Source: Octopus sinensis (taxonomy: Eukaryota). From it: a DNA stretch of 64,000 bases. Each line of letters opens with the position of its first letter. Position 1 is the first letter of the stretch. Position numbers and translations under genes: made by a program. Shown in pieces: positions 13,442-26,631 of the stretch. The DNA is taken from NCBI RefSeq assembly GCF_006345805.1, contig NC_042997.1:27962001-28026000 (forward strand), written 5' to 3'. A model generated the notes under the pieces. That model was not told the DNA's origin, ran no database searches, and worked only from the letters and a program-made list of their open reading frames with translations.

Positions 13442-13514
<73 letters not shown>

Positions 13515-13728
13515 TATGTGTACATAATATAAATGGTGAAGCTTAACGAATTCGCTATTCTAAAGCAACACAAGTCATATTATAAGTACAGAACTATATT
13601 ATAAACATATTGGGTATTACACGTGGAAATATTTTATATTTCATCTAATGTTTTTGAGGTGGTATCGAATTTTCTAATATCTTTATATAAAACTCAGCGA
13701 GTAAATTTCTGTACTCACACTATCTATA

Positions 13729-13831
<103 letters not shown>

Positions 13832-13834
13832 ATA

Positions 13835-14140
13835 TATCACCGTGATCACCGTGACCGACCAGGCTATCAGATGTTGCTACACATCGCTGGTCACAATGCG
13901 CTTTGCATTGTTTTAGCCTTCAAGTGATGCCACCCCGCTGGCTAAGCGAGCAGGCCAATAGAAGAAAGAGTGGGGGAAAGTTGTGGCGGAAGGGTACAGC
14001 AGTGGTTGCCACCAGCCCCTGCCGGAGCCTCGTGGAGCTTTAGGTGTTTTCGCTAAATAAACACTCACAACGCCCGGTCTGGGAATCGAAACCACGATCC
14101 TACGACCGCGAGTCCATTGCCCTAACCACTGGGCCATTGC
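13835..14140 (-). mobile_element. tRNA-derived SINE with family-B head and an alternative 3' tail
   Basis: The head TGGCCCAGTGGTTAGGGC...GGTTTCGATTCCCAGACCGG is nearly identical to 59404-59790. It diverges after CACAACTTTC into an unrelated tail ending GGTCACGGTGATCACGGTGA. Confidence 0.88.
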
Positions 14141-14153
14141 CCCCCCCCCATAT

Positions 14154-14192
<39 letters not shown>

Positions 14193-14334
14193 CTGCCTGT
14201 CTGTCGATCTCTTTTTCTATCCCTCTGTGTATATGTGTATGTCTATCTATCTATCTATCTATCTATGTAGCTATCTATCTATGTATCTATCTATGTATCT
14301 ATCTATGTATCTATCTATCTATATATATATATAT

Positions 14335-14366
<32 letters not shown>

Positions 14367-16415
14367 ATAGACATGCATAGACATATTTATGAAAGGAAAT
14401 TTATAATACATATGCAATTCATATATTGATATGAATGTATACAATATAACACGTGGTTTATTTGTAACGTCTTTGTATTTGCATGTGAAACGTAGGCAAA
14501 TATTTACAGAGTATGAAGTGCTTCCAGCAATCGATATATCATTCAAAGCAGCTTACCTCAAATACTATCGAAAATGTTTGTTTTGAGTCTAAATATCATC
14601 ATCTGCATATGAATGTCTAAATGTAAAAAAAAAGGCAGATGTAGACACATGTATGTTTGTTCATCGTATTCTAAGACACTATACCTTTTATCTTCTCTCT
14701 CGTGTTTCATTGATTCTTTCATGTGCGACATTCTTTCGAACAATCACTCTGTTACAAAAGCACCTGTTAGCAGCTATTTAACGACGAAAAGTGCGCCAGT
14801 TTATTTCATGCATGTGCTGCATTAATCACGTGATCGAAATCTGTGTTGCTTCACATTAAATTTCAATATAGCAAAATGTATGTTGGTTGTTTTCGTAGTT
14901 CAACGGGATCGAATCGTTTAAATTGTGTCAGATGAAGTATCAGTTTCAACCTCGTTTATTTTTCTCGGAAAAGAAAAATATACGAAAAAGCAAAATAAAA
15001 ATAAAAATGTATATATATACTAAACAAAAAAAAAACAAGAAAAAATAACTATATATACTACAACATAAAATCAACAAGGAAAACTAAGAATAAAAAAAAG
15101 ATTTACATGAAAATCTAGCCGAATAAATTTGAGAAAATAAGCGATCCGTCTAATTTTCTACACAGATCTTAAAATCAATATCTACAGCATGACACTCTGA
15201 AATACCAATCATTATCAGCAGCAACAGTAGCAGTCTTAGCAAAAGCAGTAGTAGCATTTCCGGCGGCGGCCTTGAACTATCCACCAACAGTAATCAGTAA
15301 GATGCAATTAACAGCCTTGTGCTATTTGTTTCAGCATCAAGGTTCCTATTTGAAATTCAGCTCACGACATCTTCAGTATACATAATCATACCAATTCAAT
15401 CGAGTTAGAATTAAGTAAGAGACAATATCTTTGACAGAAACGACAAGTTCAGATATCAAGGTATATATTTTACATGTGACTTACGGATCAACCAGTGCAA
15501 TATAATGCAAATACAAATAGAATGATTCTGCTGAGATATTTGGCCGGAAATTAATCATTACAATCACCTGAATTTGAACAAGATTAACCCTTTCTTTATT
15601 TCATCAATATCTAATTTATATTTCTATTTATTTTCTTTAGGAGAGACAGGCATAATATGATCCGATACTTGCAGTCTTTGAGATGCAGTGCAAGATAGAT
15701 AAACAGAGTGTAACCCACCTTGTAATGAAAATGTGTCATGAGATTATCGTTTATAAGTTTATGAATAAGGCTTTGGTAGTTTTTACTCGCAGTTAGTTAA
15801 CAAAGGTACTGCAAAAAGTTGATTAAAATTAGGATAAAATATTCGTGTAATGTGAGAAACGGTAGCACTTTTTATCATTTTATTCAAAGCATTTAACAGT
15901 ATACATTCTAGTTCATGAACTAATAGATACTCATTTGCAACAGAAGCAGTACCATGCTGTGCTAGATGCATTGCGTTAATGCAGTAATTCAGATTCGAGG
16001 ATTTCAGTTCAAGTTTCAAATCTCGTAGTCAATAAAAGAATCTGATTTTCTACAGCTCGTTCAATGAAATAAGTACCAATAATATAATTAGGTCATATGA
16101 ATTGATTATTCTATTAAAATATTGTAATTATATTCATCCCTTTCGAGTTTAGTTTCTAATTCTTACTGGTTAAATATGCCGTTTTATTTATCTCCGATAA
16201 TTGTCATTTGAATCGATTATACAAATCCGTTTCAAATTAATATGTCGGGAATGCGACGCTTTTTTAAGTACGTTTTCTAATTTCACATCATTTAATAGAT
16301 CCATGCGCCTTTGAAAAACAACGAACGCCGTAATCTGTGAACATTCCTTCGCTTAGATACAATGTGAAATCAAGACAAATACAAATATATGTGACGTGTG
16401 TGCGCTTGCACTTGC

Positions 16416-16457
<42 letters not shown>

Positions 16458-17589
16458 TAGTGGTGGTAGTGTGCATGGTGTGTGTGTATGTGTGTGTGTG
16501 TATGTGTATGTGTATACGTGGTACGAGAGAAAAAGAAATATTTCAACCTAGTCAAGGTGAATGCAAAATTCGAACTTTTACTAAAACGAAATATTACCCT
16601 GCCGAAACTACATTCTTTTCTCCGTAATAAACAACGCTTTCCAACAAAATAATGACACCGACTGTGAAAATAATAAAATAAAATTAATTTGAATATTGCC
16701 TTTTAAATCCATAGCCACTTCGCTGATTATTTTCTTGAAACCTGTTGTAAACAGTTGCGTTATAAAGCTTCCCGTAAACAATCTCCAACGTGTCGAGTGT
16801 ATTGTAACGTTTTCATTCAAAAGAACTTTACTACTTTGGCGACATAGATTTGCAATTAGTCGCATACTCAAACAGCTGCAATAACGAGATATGCTACTTA
16901 TTGAAGTTTTGACCCAAACTGTGAAAAAAACAAAAAAACAAACCAAAACTGCAACTTTAACTTTTAAAGACAATAATGCATTACCAATTAAATGAACATG
17001 CAATAATAAATATATCAAACGAAATGCTATTGTTGTCTAAATTTTAAAATATTTCCACTTGGCTGCCTTCCAGCAAAAGCAGAATTAGTTGTCTCTTTCC
17101 TGCGAAAGCTGTGAAATACAATTGTGTATTCAGTTGACTCCATTCGGGAAAATTATAATTCACCCTTTCATTACATTTATACATTTTGTTGGTTTCTTTG
17201 TTAATAGTACAATATATGATCATCGTTGTCGCTCGCTTTGATATTAAATTTATGACCTTCATATATGTCTTGAACACCTGCGGGGTAAGTTATGCTCAAT
17301 AGAGTATTCGTATATATTAGGAAATTATACAATAAACATACAATTAGTGAATATGTTGAATGTAGAATTTGAAAGAAGCTTAGTTGAGGAATTTGAGTTT
17401 CAATAAATACATTACGTAACAAAAATGTAGTATTAAGGTCATCGTTGACATGACAATGCAATATAAACGGTACCCATACATATATGTCTGCGCACGCATG
17501 TATACGTGTGTGTGTGTATATATATATATATGTATATATAAACATAGATATATATATGTATATGTATATATAATATATATATATATATG

Positions 17590-17644
<55 letters not shown>

Positions 17645-17670
17645 AAAAAAGCACAAGAATGGATTAAAAT

Positions 17671-17756
17671 CTCGGTACGATCGTTTCGTACGAGGACATC
17701 TTTAATAAGCTACAAAAAATGCAGTTAATACAGATGGCTCGTACTCGTCAGCCGAA
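17671..17756 (-). ncRNA. Minimal type I hammerhead ribozyme, intact core (inverted copy)
   Basis: Minus strand: UUCGG CUGACGA GUACGAG...CUCGUAC GAAAC GAUC GUA CCGAG. Confidence 0.88.
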
Positions 17757-18102
17757 AAAATATCAGAGAATTCCCAAACATCAAAAGGGGTAGATACAAA
17801 AGAGGTTGTAGGATTAACTGCATTGAAGAAAGTTCGATTCATGGAGATCTGATGAAAGGTTTTAAACCTATAGAATTTATGCATATCTACATATAGCTCA
17901 TATTGAATATTTGATCAAGTTGTATGAAGATCAAGTTGTATTGATCAAATATTCAATATGAGCTATATGTAGACATGCATAAATTCTATAGGTTTAAAAC
18001 CTTTCATCAGATCTCCATGAATCGAACTTTCTTCAATGCAGTTAATCCTACAACCTCTTTTGTATCTACCCCTTTTGATGTTTGGGAATTCTCTGATATT
18101 TT

Positions 18103-18188
18103 TTCGGCTGACGAGTACGAGCCATCTGTATCCACTGCATTTTTTGTAGCTTATTAAAGATGTCCTCGTACGAAACGATCGTACCGAG
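18103..18188 (+). ncRNA. Minimal type I hammerhead ribozyme, intact core; predicted cleavage after A18183
   Basis: Stem I is UUCGG/CCGAG. CUGACGA is at 18108-18114, the 7-bp stem II is GUACGAG/CUCGUAC, GAAAC is at 18172-18176, stem III is the palindrome ACGAUCGU, and the triplet is GUA. Confidence 0.9.
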
Positions 18189-18337
18189 ATTTTAATCCAT
18201 TCTTGTTGCTTTTTTCCTATTTATAATCACCCCACTTGTCGTATGGCTAACACCATATAGATATCCGGTGCATCCTAGTTAAGGACCATATTCATGTGAA
18301 TTCTTTAGAATTCACTAGAATCTCAATTACTTAACCG

Positions 18338-18378
<41 letters not shown>

Positions 18379-18860
18379 GTATAATTTTATAGTGTATATG
18401 TGTGTGTATACATATCAATGCACATGTGCATGTATCTCTAAACTTCAATATTTAGCTGTGAAATCACATAAGTAACTGAAGGGCCAAAAGTTTCCCGTGG
18501 CATCTATTTATGGAAGAAATCATAACTTTTCTCTGTAGTTGAGTAAGTACTAGGTCGAGAGATGTTAGCAAAATAACTTTGGAATATATGATTAAAATAT
18601 ATAAAGAATATCCGTTAGGTACCAGTGAAGTAATGAAGTTAAAAAGTATAAATAAAGTAATATGAAATAATATAAATATTTTTTTCATAGCCAAACGTAA
18701 CTTTAAAATATATATTCTAATACATGTCCCCCACCTCACGCACCCACATATACGCAAGTTGAAATTCGTGTATTTATATGCATACAAACCTGAGAGAGAT
18801 AGATAGAGAGAGTGTGGAAGATGGAGAGGCATGCATATACGCTGCGTACATAAGCACACA

Positions 18861-18922
<62 letters not shown>

Positions 18923-19869
18923 CTTCAAAAGTAAACGGAAACATATACACTTGCATACCTACGTGATGTGTGAGTAAGGAATGCGTTAATGCATGTATAT
19001 GCACTTTTATATATGTTTAAACTAATTTTGGGATATAAAGATTTATTATATTTTGTTATTTTGTTTTCGCTTAGCTTTTGCTTAACTTCGGGCTAATGAA
19101 AATATGTTGAATGTATTACTTTTTTATGTGGCAGTCCGATGACAGATGTCTCTAGAATAACGATATCTTCTACAATATAAAAAATATTTATGTTGTATAA
19201 TTTAATTTTCGTAAATTCCATACATGAAAGTTAAGAATCTTGAAAAACTTAAGTTCTTTACACCTAAACTTTATAAATATATATATGGCTTAAAAGGTGC
19301 ACTGAGTTTTGTTTCCAGTTTGAATCAAGAAACTATTTTATTCCTATGTGTTTGCATGAATGAATTTGTTTGTGTGAGTTCGTGCCTGATGTAATCTCCC
19401 CTATGAAAAGCGACGAAAAGGAACACTGCCTGTTCCCTATATTCAACAATCAAACTTGTATGCCATTGCCTGACCTACTGGGACTATTAACCAAATCACT
19501 ATCAAGTAATAGGCAAGTATCTTAAGCAATGACATATTGGCCAAAGTATCTACTGAGCTATAAAACTGATCTTTGTTCAATCAGGACAAGGCTGTGACGA
19601 AACAACAGCCAAATTTGATTCAACTAATGAGTCAGAAGCCCAAAATTGTTATTCAACTTGCTTAATATCACAACGAAATTTATCTCTCAAATTAGGAAAA
19701 GACAGTGGACATTGTGGTCTTATATATACTGAAGAAAAACGGTGAACTCTAATTTTTATGGACAATTTTATTTTAAAAAGTTATTTCAAAATTAATACAG
19801 TCACGAATACATTTCCTTGTTGGATAAAAATATTTGTCAAGGAAATGTACATTAGATGATCACCTAATT

Positions 19870-20010
19870 ATATGAATGCTATAGACGGGGGTCTATAAGT
19901 TAAGTACCTGTTGAGCAGTGGGATGGATGTAATCGACTCCCAGTCCCTAAATTGCAGGCCTTGTTCCAGACTTTGTTGGAAAATAACAGGGCTAACAGAA
20001 TTTAAAAAGA
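19870..20010 (-). pseudogene. Small decayed LINE (CR1/L2-like) pre-RT fragment
   Basis: The translation PVIFQQSLEQG...DWESITSIPL...YRPPSI resembles the LINE motif IFQQSLxxGxVPxDWKxAxVxPI...YRPISL. Confidence 0.45.
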
Positions 20011-21914
20011 TAGTAATCCTAGAAAACACACCATTAATTAAAGTATATATGAGTGGTGGAATTACAAGTATAGAGTCAATTGGATACATGTAGTTTAATA
20101 TAGTTGAGAAATAAATTTCAACATACATCGCACGATATTTTAGGGCATGTGTTCTATGACTTGTATGCCGAAGAAACTAGGTCCATATATTTTTGTACTA
20201 ATATTTTGGTCGTACTCGGTCTTCATCAAAGTTAAGCAAATTATCATAACTGAAGTATATTTAGCAGTGAAATGTTTTTAGCACACATAAGAGTAGATGT
20301 GTATTTTCGCTGGGTTCTGTATATATACAGGGCAGCCACAAATTAACAATGTATTGCAGAACACAATAATAAAAAATCTTCATAACCTGCAATAAAATGT
20401 TGGAAAATCTCTCATAAATCACATACTGCATCTTGCAAAAGAAACATCGTACAACAGATCGGAGATTCATTGTTAATAAAAGGAATTGATTGGGACTATA
20501 TATTCATGATTTTAGTATTATTGATCATAGGTGTCTTCATTTAGTGCTGTCCTAGGTTTTATACACCGTCACCTCCACCAGCCAAAGCAACAGCATCACA
20601 TCGGTATCTGTAACATTGCAAAGAGGTCACAATAAAATACTAAATATTTCAATTAATCTCCTCATATAGTTCTGTTCGGCATAGCCTATTGGCATCATTC
20701 ATCTTGAAATTGCATTTACAAACGAATTCACTTAATCAAGCTCAGACTTACTCCTGAATTAATATAATAATGCTGGCGAGAAATAACATACAGTCCGTTA
20801 TACCCGGAAACAATTGCTGGATGTGTGTATTCTACATCATTTCCTCATTTGAAATTATGTATGAAAGAACAAGTTTATTTACACATAACATCAATGGATA
20901 TTCTAAGCATTTACCAAACATACAATCTTGGAACAACAAAGCTTTGTACACACCGATAGCCACTAACAGATTGTGTTTAAACAGATATTTTAATATTATT
21001 GATTACTTCAGATTAAGCAAGCACACATTTTGGCAACGGACAGGTATAATCTATTGAATCAACAGCGGTATATTGCTTGATTTCATTTACCAACTACAGC
21101 AAATGAAAGGCAGCGATCGATCACAATCACTGAGAGAAGACTGTATACGAATGAAGATTGATTTAGAATCAGACCATAGCGAAAGAAGATATTAGGAGAA
21201 AAGGATACTCATTAAGAATTTACGCGAAAAATTCACAGGCAAAACTTGATTAATATATATCATATATACATACATAAAAATATACATAAATACACACACA
21301 CACACACATACCTATTTATAGTGATATATGTATATATATATATATATAAATAGACTGCTTTATTTTGAGATTGCTAGTGTTAACAATACTTGCAAATAAA
21401 ATGCAGACTGGAGTTGTAGATATTCCGCTTAATAATCTCAATGGAGGTAATACAAACGGAAACTAGAGGAACATAATTAATAACCACACTCAAAATCAGA
21501 TATATACAAATATTCTTGAACATTTATAAAAAGAATATAAAAATTCCAAATATATAATCTAAAAATACATATAAATAGATAAATATCGATGTGATACGTA
21601 AAACTCAGTGAATTTTAGATTTAAAAGTTATAATACATTGGCGTAATAAAAATTTGAGACGATAAAATATTAAAAGGACGTACTAAAATACCACGAAAAT
21701 AATACAAAAATGGAAAAATTTGATTTTGAGACGTGGCAGGTAACATGATATATTTCATATTTTTAAAACTGACAGCCCCCTCATCTGGATGTTTTCACAC
21801 AATGCAGAAAAAAACAAACAAATACAGAAATACAATTATACAACTACAAACCAGCCACCCGAGAAAAATATATAGGCGTGTGTGTATATATATATACACA
21901 TTACTATATATACG

Positions 21915-21946
<32 letters not shown>

Positions 21947-22509
21947 TATATGTGTGGTGTGTGTGTGCGTGTGCGTGCGTGTGTGTGTGTGTGTGTGCGT
22001 GCGTGTGTTTACATATGTGAGCAGGTGTATGGTGTTCGTATTTATGAGTCGCTATCAGTACTTATATGTTTTGGAGTTCGATACGGCGGCATGAAACCTT
22101 GACGCGGAGATGCTAATAATTATATAACAGCATACGTACATAATCCTAGGTAACAAAGATTTTATTACAGAAGACAAAATAAGTGTTCCTAGCTAATTTC
22201 GGTATACTGCTTTGTAATCTATAATTAGATTTTTTTTCTATCACGTCTAGAATTTTTGTCAAATGCATATCACTTTGTAACATTGATATTGTATGGTAAT
22301 TAAAATACAGTCAAATAGACGTGCTTGTGTAAATCACCCACAAATCTTCTGCTAAATCTATGGAAAATAGAACTCAGCCACTATGTAGAAATATAAAAAA
22401 AATATATACAATAAGAGCGGAACGGAAAAAAAAATTCTCGTCATTTTAACTGTAAGGAGAGCAAGAGAAGGATCAGGCACTAATTAGTTGATATGCACAT
22501 TATAAGTAG

Positions 22510-23456
22510 ATTTATGAATGGTAAAATAAACCTATGGCGTTCTCAGTTCCCATGGTTTGTTGTGTACCGCAAAATTATTTCAATAATTGTTAATTTTTCT
22601 TGATAAAGATTGCTGGTTTCACAAAAAAAAAAAATATATATAAACAAATAAAACATCATGTACCCAAACTGCATTAAAACTAGTAACACATAATGAAATA
22701 AATCGAACCTCCGCCCCCCCCCCGTTCCAGCAGCAACAACACACAGCAGTTCATCTGAAGATTCTCTTAGTAATATGGAAATAGGGAAAGATGGAGTATA
22801 TCTTCCAGATGCAACTAGTTTCCCACATTTGTTAAGTCAAACGGAGTTAAATAACTAAGTGTGCGATCTGGAGTTGTCAAAAGTAAAGACAGAGTTGCTT
22901 AGCTCCAGACATCAAGAATGAAATTTTTTCCAGTCAAACACCAAATTTTCCCAGTTTTCATAATTTTACAAGAAAAAAAAAAACGGTTGTTCCAGCCTCA
23001 GTTTCAGTGGCCTGATAGGAAGGGTTGGCTTTTGCTGTGATCGAAAAGAACAGAGACTGCGTATTGACTTAAATAAATTCGCCTTAAAGCTGTATAACTG
23101 CACAACGGCTATGAAAGAGTTTTGATACTTGTAGCATATGCCTCTAGCCTTAATGAGACTCATGAACCAATGGAACTACTGCTGAGACTCATCAAATGTA
23201 AGGACTACATATGGAATATTTGCGGCAACCTTAAAGTTGTACCATCCATTCTTGGCACTAAAAAATATCTTAGACTGTTTTCGTAATAGAAGTGAATGAA
23301 AAAAAATGAAAAATAGGGGTTCTCGGTTACTCAAAATTTAGACGTAATATAGAAATTTAGATATCAGGTGTGAAATTAGCATCATAAATTTGGTAGGAAT
23401 CAATAGATTACGTGTCAGTAACCAAGAAAAAATTATTTGAAATTTGTTGCCTAGTG
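22510..23456 (+). mobile_element. Decayed Chapaev3-like DNA transposon (transposase fragments and 3' terminus)
   Basis: Fragments read MAFSVPMV; PHLLSQTELNN*VCDLELSKVKTELLSSRHQEW; LKAV*LHNG; WNICGNLKVV. The element ends in ...CTAGTG, similar to the CAGTG terminus. Confidence 0.7.
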
Positions 23457-23519
23457 ATAATACATCTATAGATATCTATTCATACATACAAATATATACG
23501 TATATGAATATATATGTAA

Positions 23520-23561
<42 letters not shown>

Positions 23562-23595
23562 TATATATATTATATATATATATAATATATATATA

Positions 23596-23978
23596 CTAGC
23601 AGTATCGCCCGGCGTTGCTCGGGTTTGTAAAGGAAATAACTATAAAGCATTTTTAGAGAGTTATAGCCAAGAAATAGCAAAAAAATGGAAAAAAAATGAT
23701 GGTAAATTTTTTTGAGAGTTAAAAAGGTCGAGTTGCGTCCCCTAGACAGTCTGTGGTTTGTGTTTCTGATTCTCGACCCCATGTCGAATTTATCGATTTT
23801 TTTCAGAACTGGGGGAACTTTTCAAAATTTTCGCTGCGTTAGTTTTGAATTATGACATTGGGCTATGTGTGTGTCAAGTTTCATCAGAAACGGTTGAAAG
23901 CCGTGGTCAGGGTGAGGGTACAACCTAACAGACACACAGACACGCAGACAGACAAACTGCCGTTTATATAGAGAGAGA
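23596..23978 (-). mobile_element. Non-autonomous Helitron, copy 1
   Basis: The minus strand starts with TC and ends CCCGAGCAACGCCGGG (hairpin)...CTAG, between A and T, with no TSD. Highly similar to 56772-57156. Confidence 0.85.
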
Positions 23979-24360
23979 TATATAAATTAATAATAATAAT
24001 ATTAGGGAGTAAATCCAAACTTAGAGGGAAAAATTAGATTTAGGGTTAAATCTAATTTTATAGTATAAATTATAGTATAAATATTAAATTTTATAGTATA
24101 AATTATAGTATAAATATTAAATTATAGATAAAACCACTATTAGGCAAATCATACAGTGAAAATCATAAATAAAATTAATTAATAAAAGCTATATAAAATA
24201 TAAAATTCAAAATTTAAATTATTTAAATTTAAAGTTAAAATTTAAAAAAATATTTAAATTAATAATTCATACTTATAAATTTATATATATATATATTATT
24301 ATTATTATCATTATTATTATTATATATATATATTTATACACACATACTCACGCACACAGG

Positions 24361-24396
<36 letters not shown>

Positions 24397-25409
24397 TATG
24401 TGAGTTTTATTCAGCCCGGCTAGCTTTACGCAACATCAGTGATATGTACTAATCTCCGTTCTTTATGTGTGACAACCGGTTGCACGAGATTCACAGAGCT
24501 CTAGAAAGCTGAAATATATCCAACATTCACTATTGTAAATAATGTACATAATGTGAAGTCACTATTAGCATGAAGTAAATTTCGATCTGATATTTATTGT
24601 GGTTTTAACAGAACATGATTATGAAACATCTTGTTTAGACAAAGACCGCAGTTTCTTAACTTTCAGTGGTATATACAAGCTAAGACTGGTACCCCCAATG
24701 GCTTACTGTATCTGCCTGTCAATCTCTCTAGGTCAGTTTCTTATTCAGAAATCCTTAACTGACAAATAAAGTTCTATACTGAACATTCATCACTTGTAGT
24801 CTGCTAGGCTCGTATTTCCTCCACCTACAAAACTTATTACTGTATGCACCTTTTAATCTCACTTGGCCAGTTCGGCTTAAAATTCATTTTCCCGCCTAGA
24901 ACGCTGAAATGTATTGTAAATCATCTCCACACACTTAGGAAGAATATAGTTACTAGAAGTTTTAATAGTATTTATAGTAGTATTATATACATATATACTA
25001 AGAACTAAGTATTTATTAAACAATATTACCTTTAAATGAATAATCATTCGACATTTATGTAGCATAAATCTCAAAATCTACATTTTAAAACTTCATTTAT
25101 AACTAGCTTTATGATTATAGCCATATTTCTAGTTATTATCTCCTCTTGACTTCAATCTCTCTTATAATATTATTATTTTAGAATATTTTTCAAAGTATTT
25201 TATTCTATTCTTTTATGTTTTACCCAATTCCCATAATATTTAGCGTCAGACAGTGGGAGCGGCCGAACATGCAGGATTAAACCTTATGTCGTAAAGTAAT
25301 CTACCTTATTTACTTCTTTTATTCGCTAAGTTTCTAACGTAAGTAGTTGGATTTACTAATTAATCTTTATTCCTGACTATTAACTCACATTTGACATAAA
25401 GCATGTTTT

Positions 25410-25600
25410 ACAGTTCTGTTTAAGAAATGAGGAATTATGTACATTGTTTTCAGTATTTACATTTGATGGACCTTTGTCTTCATCTTGTTTGTTGTTTACA
25501 CAATGTTTCGGCTGATATACCCTCCAGGCTTCATCGGGTGTCTTGGGGAACTTTCGAACCTGGATTCTCATTCCTAGGTTATTTTTCGATATTGTTGTTG

Positions 25601-25635
<35 letters not shown>

Positions 25636-25778
25636 AACGCTGCCTGGAATCGAACTCGGAATCTTGGGGTTAGTAGCCCGCGCTCTTAACTAATACGCCA
25701 TAGGCCCGTGGGCGTAGTGGTTAAGAGTGCAGGCTGCTAACCCCAAGATTCCGAGTTCGATTCCAGGCAGTAACCTGC

Positions 25779-25842
<64 letters not shown>

Positions 25843-26020
25843 TTTAAATATAATAATAATAATAACAACAACATCAAAAAATACCCCAGGAAAGAGAACC
25901 CAGGTTCGAAATTTCCCCAAGATACCTGATGTAGGCTGGAAGTTATATCAGCCGAAGCGTTGTGTTAACAACAAAAAAGATGAGGACAAATATAAGTCAA
26001 TTGTAAATAATGTAAATAAA
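25410..26020. mobile_element. Back-to-back palindromic pair of tRNA-box / (TAA)n / hammerhead units (PLE pseudo-LTR family of 8577-9095)
   Basis: The left arm (minus) and right arm (plus) each have a GGCGTAGTGG-like A box, GAGTTCGATTCC, (TAA)n and a hammerhead, at 25498-25542 (-) and 25921-25966 (+). Confidence 0.85.
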
Positions 26021-26293
26021 ATGTTTTATTTTACAAGTATTGACAGGGTTACATTTTACACTAAATTATTACAAGGAATATAATTTCTATAATATTTGTT
26101 TCAATATGTTATTAGATTTGATACGTTTCTATTTCAATCGTTAAAATTTCCTTAGGTAGAAGATTTTCAATATATATCTTAATTGTACTTTAGGTATTTA
26201 AATATTTGTAAAAATATATTTGTAATTTTTATTTTGAATATAATTTTAAACTTTTAATATTTAACTTTTTTCCGTACATATTAATAATATACT

Positions 26294-26375
26294 TCGACTG
26301 AGGACGCACTGGTGGATTTATGTATTAAGTATAACCTTAATACACACCCCACTAGAGCAGAAACATGTATAGCGA
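26294..26375 (+). ncRNA. Hammerhead ribozyme motif with extended stem II (stem I decayed)
   Basis: CUGAGGA is at 26298-26304. GCACUGGUGG/CCACUAGAGC encloses an inner hairpin, UGUAUUAAG/CUUAAUACA. GAAAC AU GUA at 26360-26369 contains the palindrome ACAUGU. Confidence 0.65.
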
Positions 26376-26631
26376 TTACTTGTACTACATTCTTTCCCAC
26401 AGATTAATAACAGGTGGTAGATATATTTAACTGATTTTATTTTATGTTATTTTAATTATTTTATTTGATTTAATTTTCTCTGCGTATACCATACCATGAG
26501 GTTATACTGTAATGGGAGTTGCTTATCTATTGGAAAATATATCAAATTTGTAATAATAATATTATAAAATATACTTTTTACATTTCATTAGGAAAGTGTA
26601 AATTAGTATACTTCCTGATAACCTGGAATAC

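Larger units (their letters stand above)
17641..18337 (+). mobile_element. Young PLE-like element with about 278-bp near-perfect inverted arms (17641-17918 / 17941-18219), inserted in (TA)n
   Basis: The ORF track gives near-identical 60-aa translations on opposite strands (17702-17884, 17975-18157). The spacer is 22 bp. The right arm continues into a tail of about 120 bp that ends at (TA)n. Confidence 0.9.

Noticed and set aside
17941-18010. Possible Naiad-like PLE C-terminus (CRH..KF) with an upstream in-frame TGA suggesting selenocysteine
   Set aside because: It needs a frameshift, covers only a few codons, and I found no SECIS. Too weak to claim.
19136-19172. CCGATGA followed by a hairpin
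   Set aside because: No GAAA or NUH follows the stem.
20280-20400. Minus-strand splice-acceptor-like TTTTATTGCAG|GTT
   Set aside because: It has no recognisable coding content or convincing donor, and such strings are common in AT-rich DNA.
25710-25772. Possible tRNA-Ser(GCT) gene
   Set aside because: It has no proper acceptor stem or long variable arm, the anticodon differs between copies (GCT vs ACT), and it is embedded in a repeat. Treated as a tRNA-derived promoter box.
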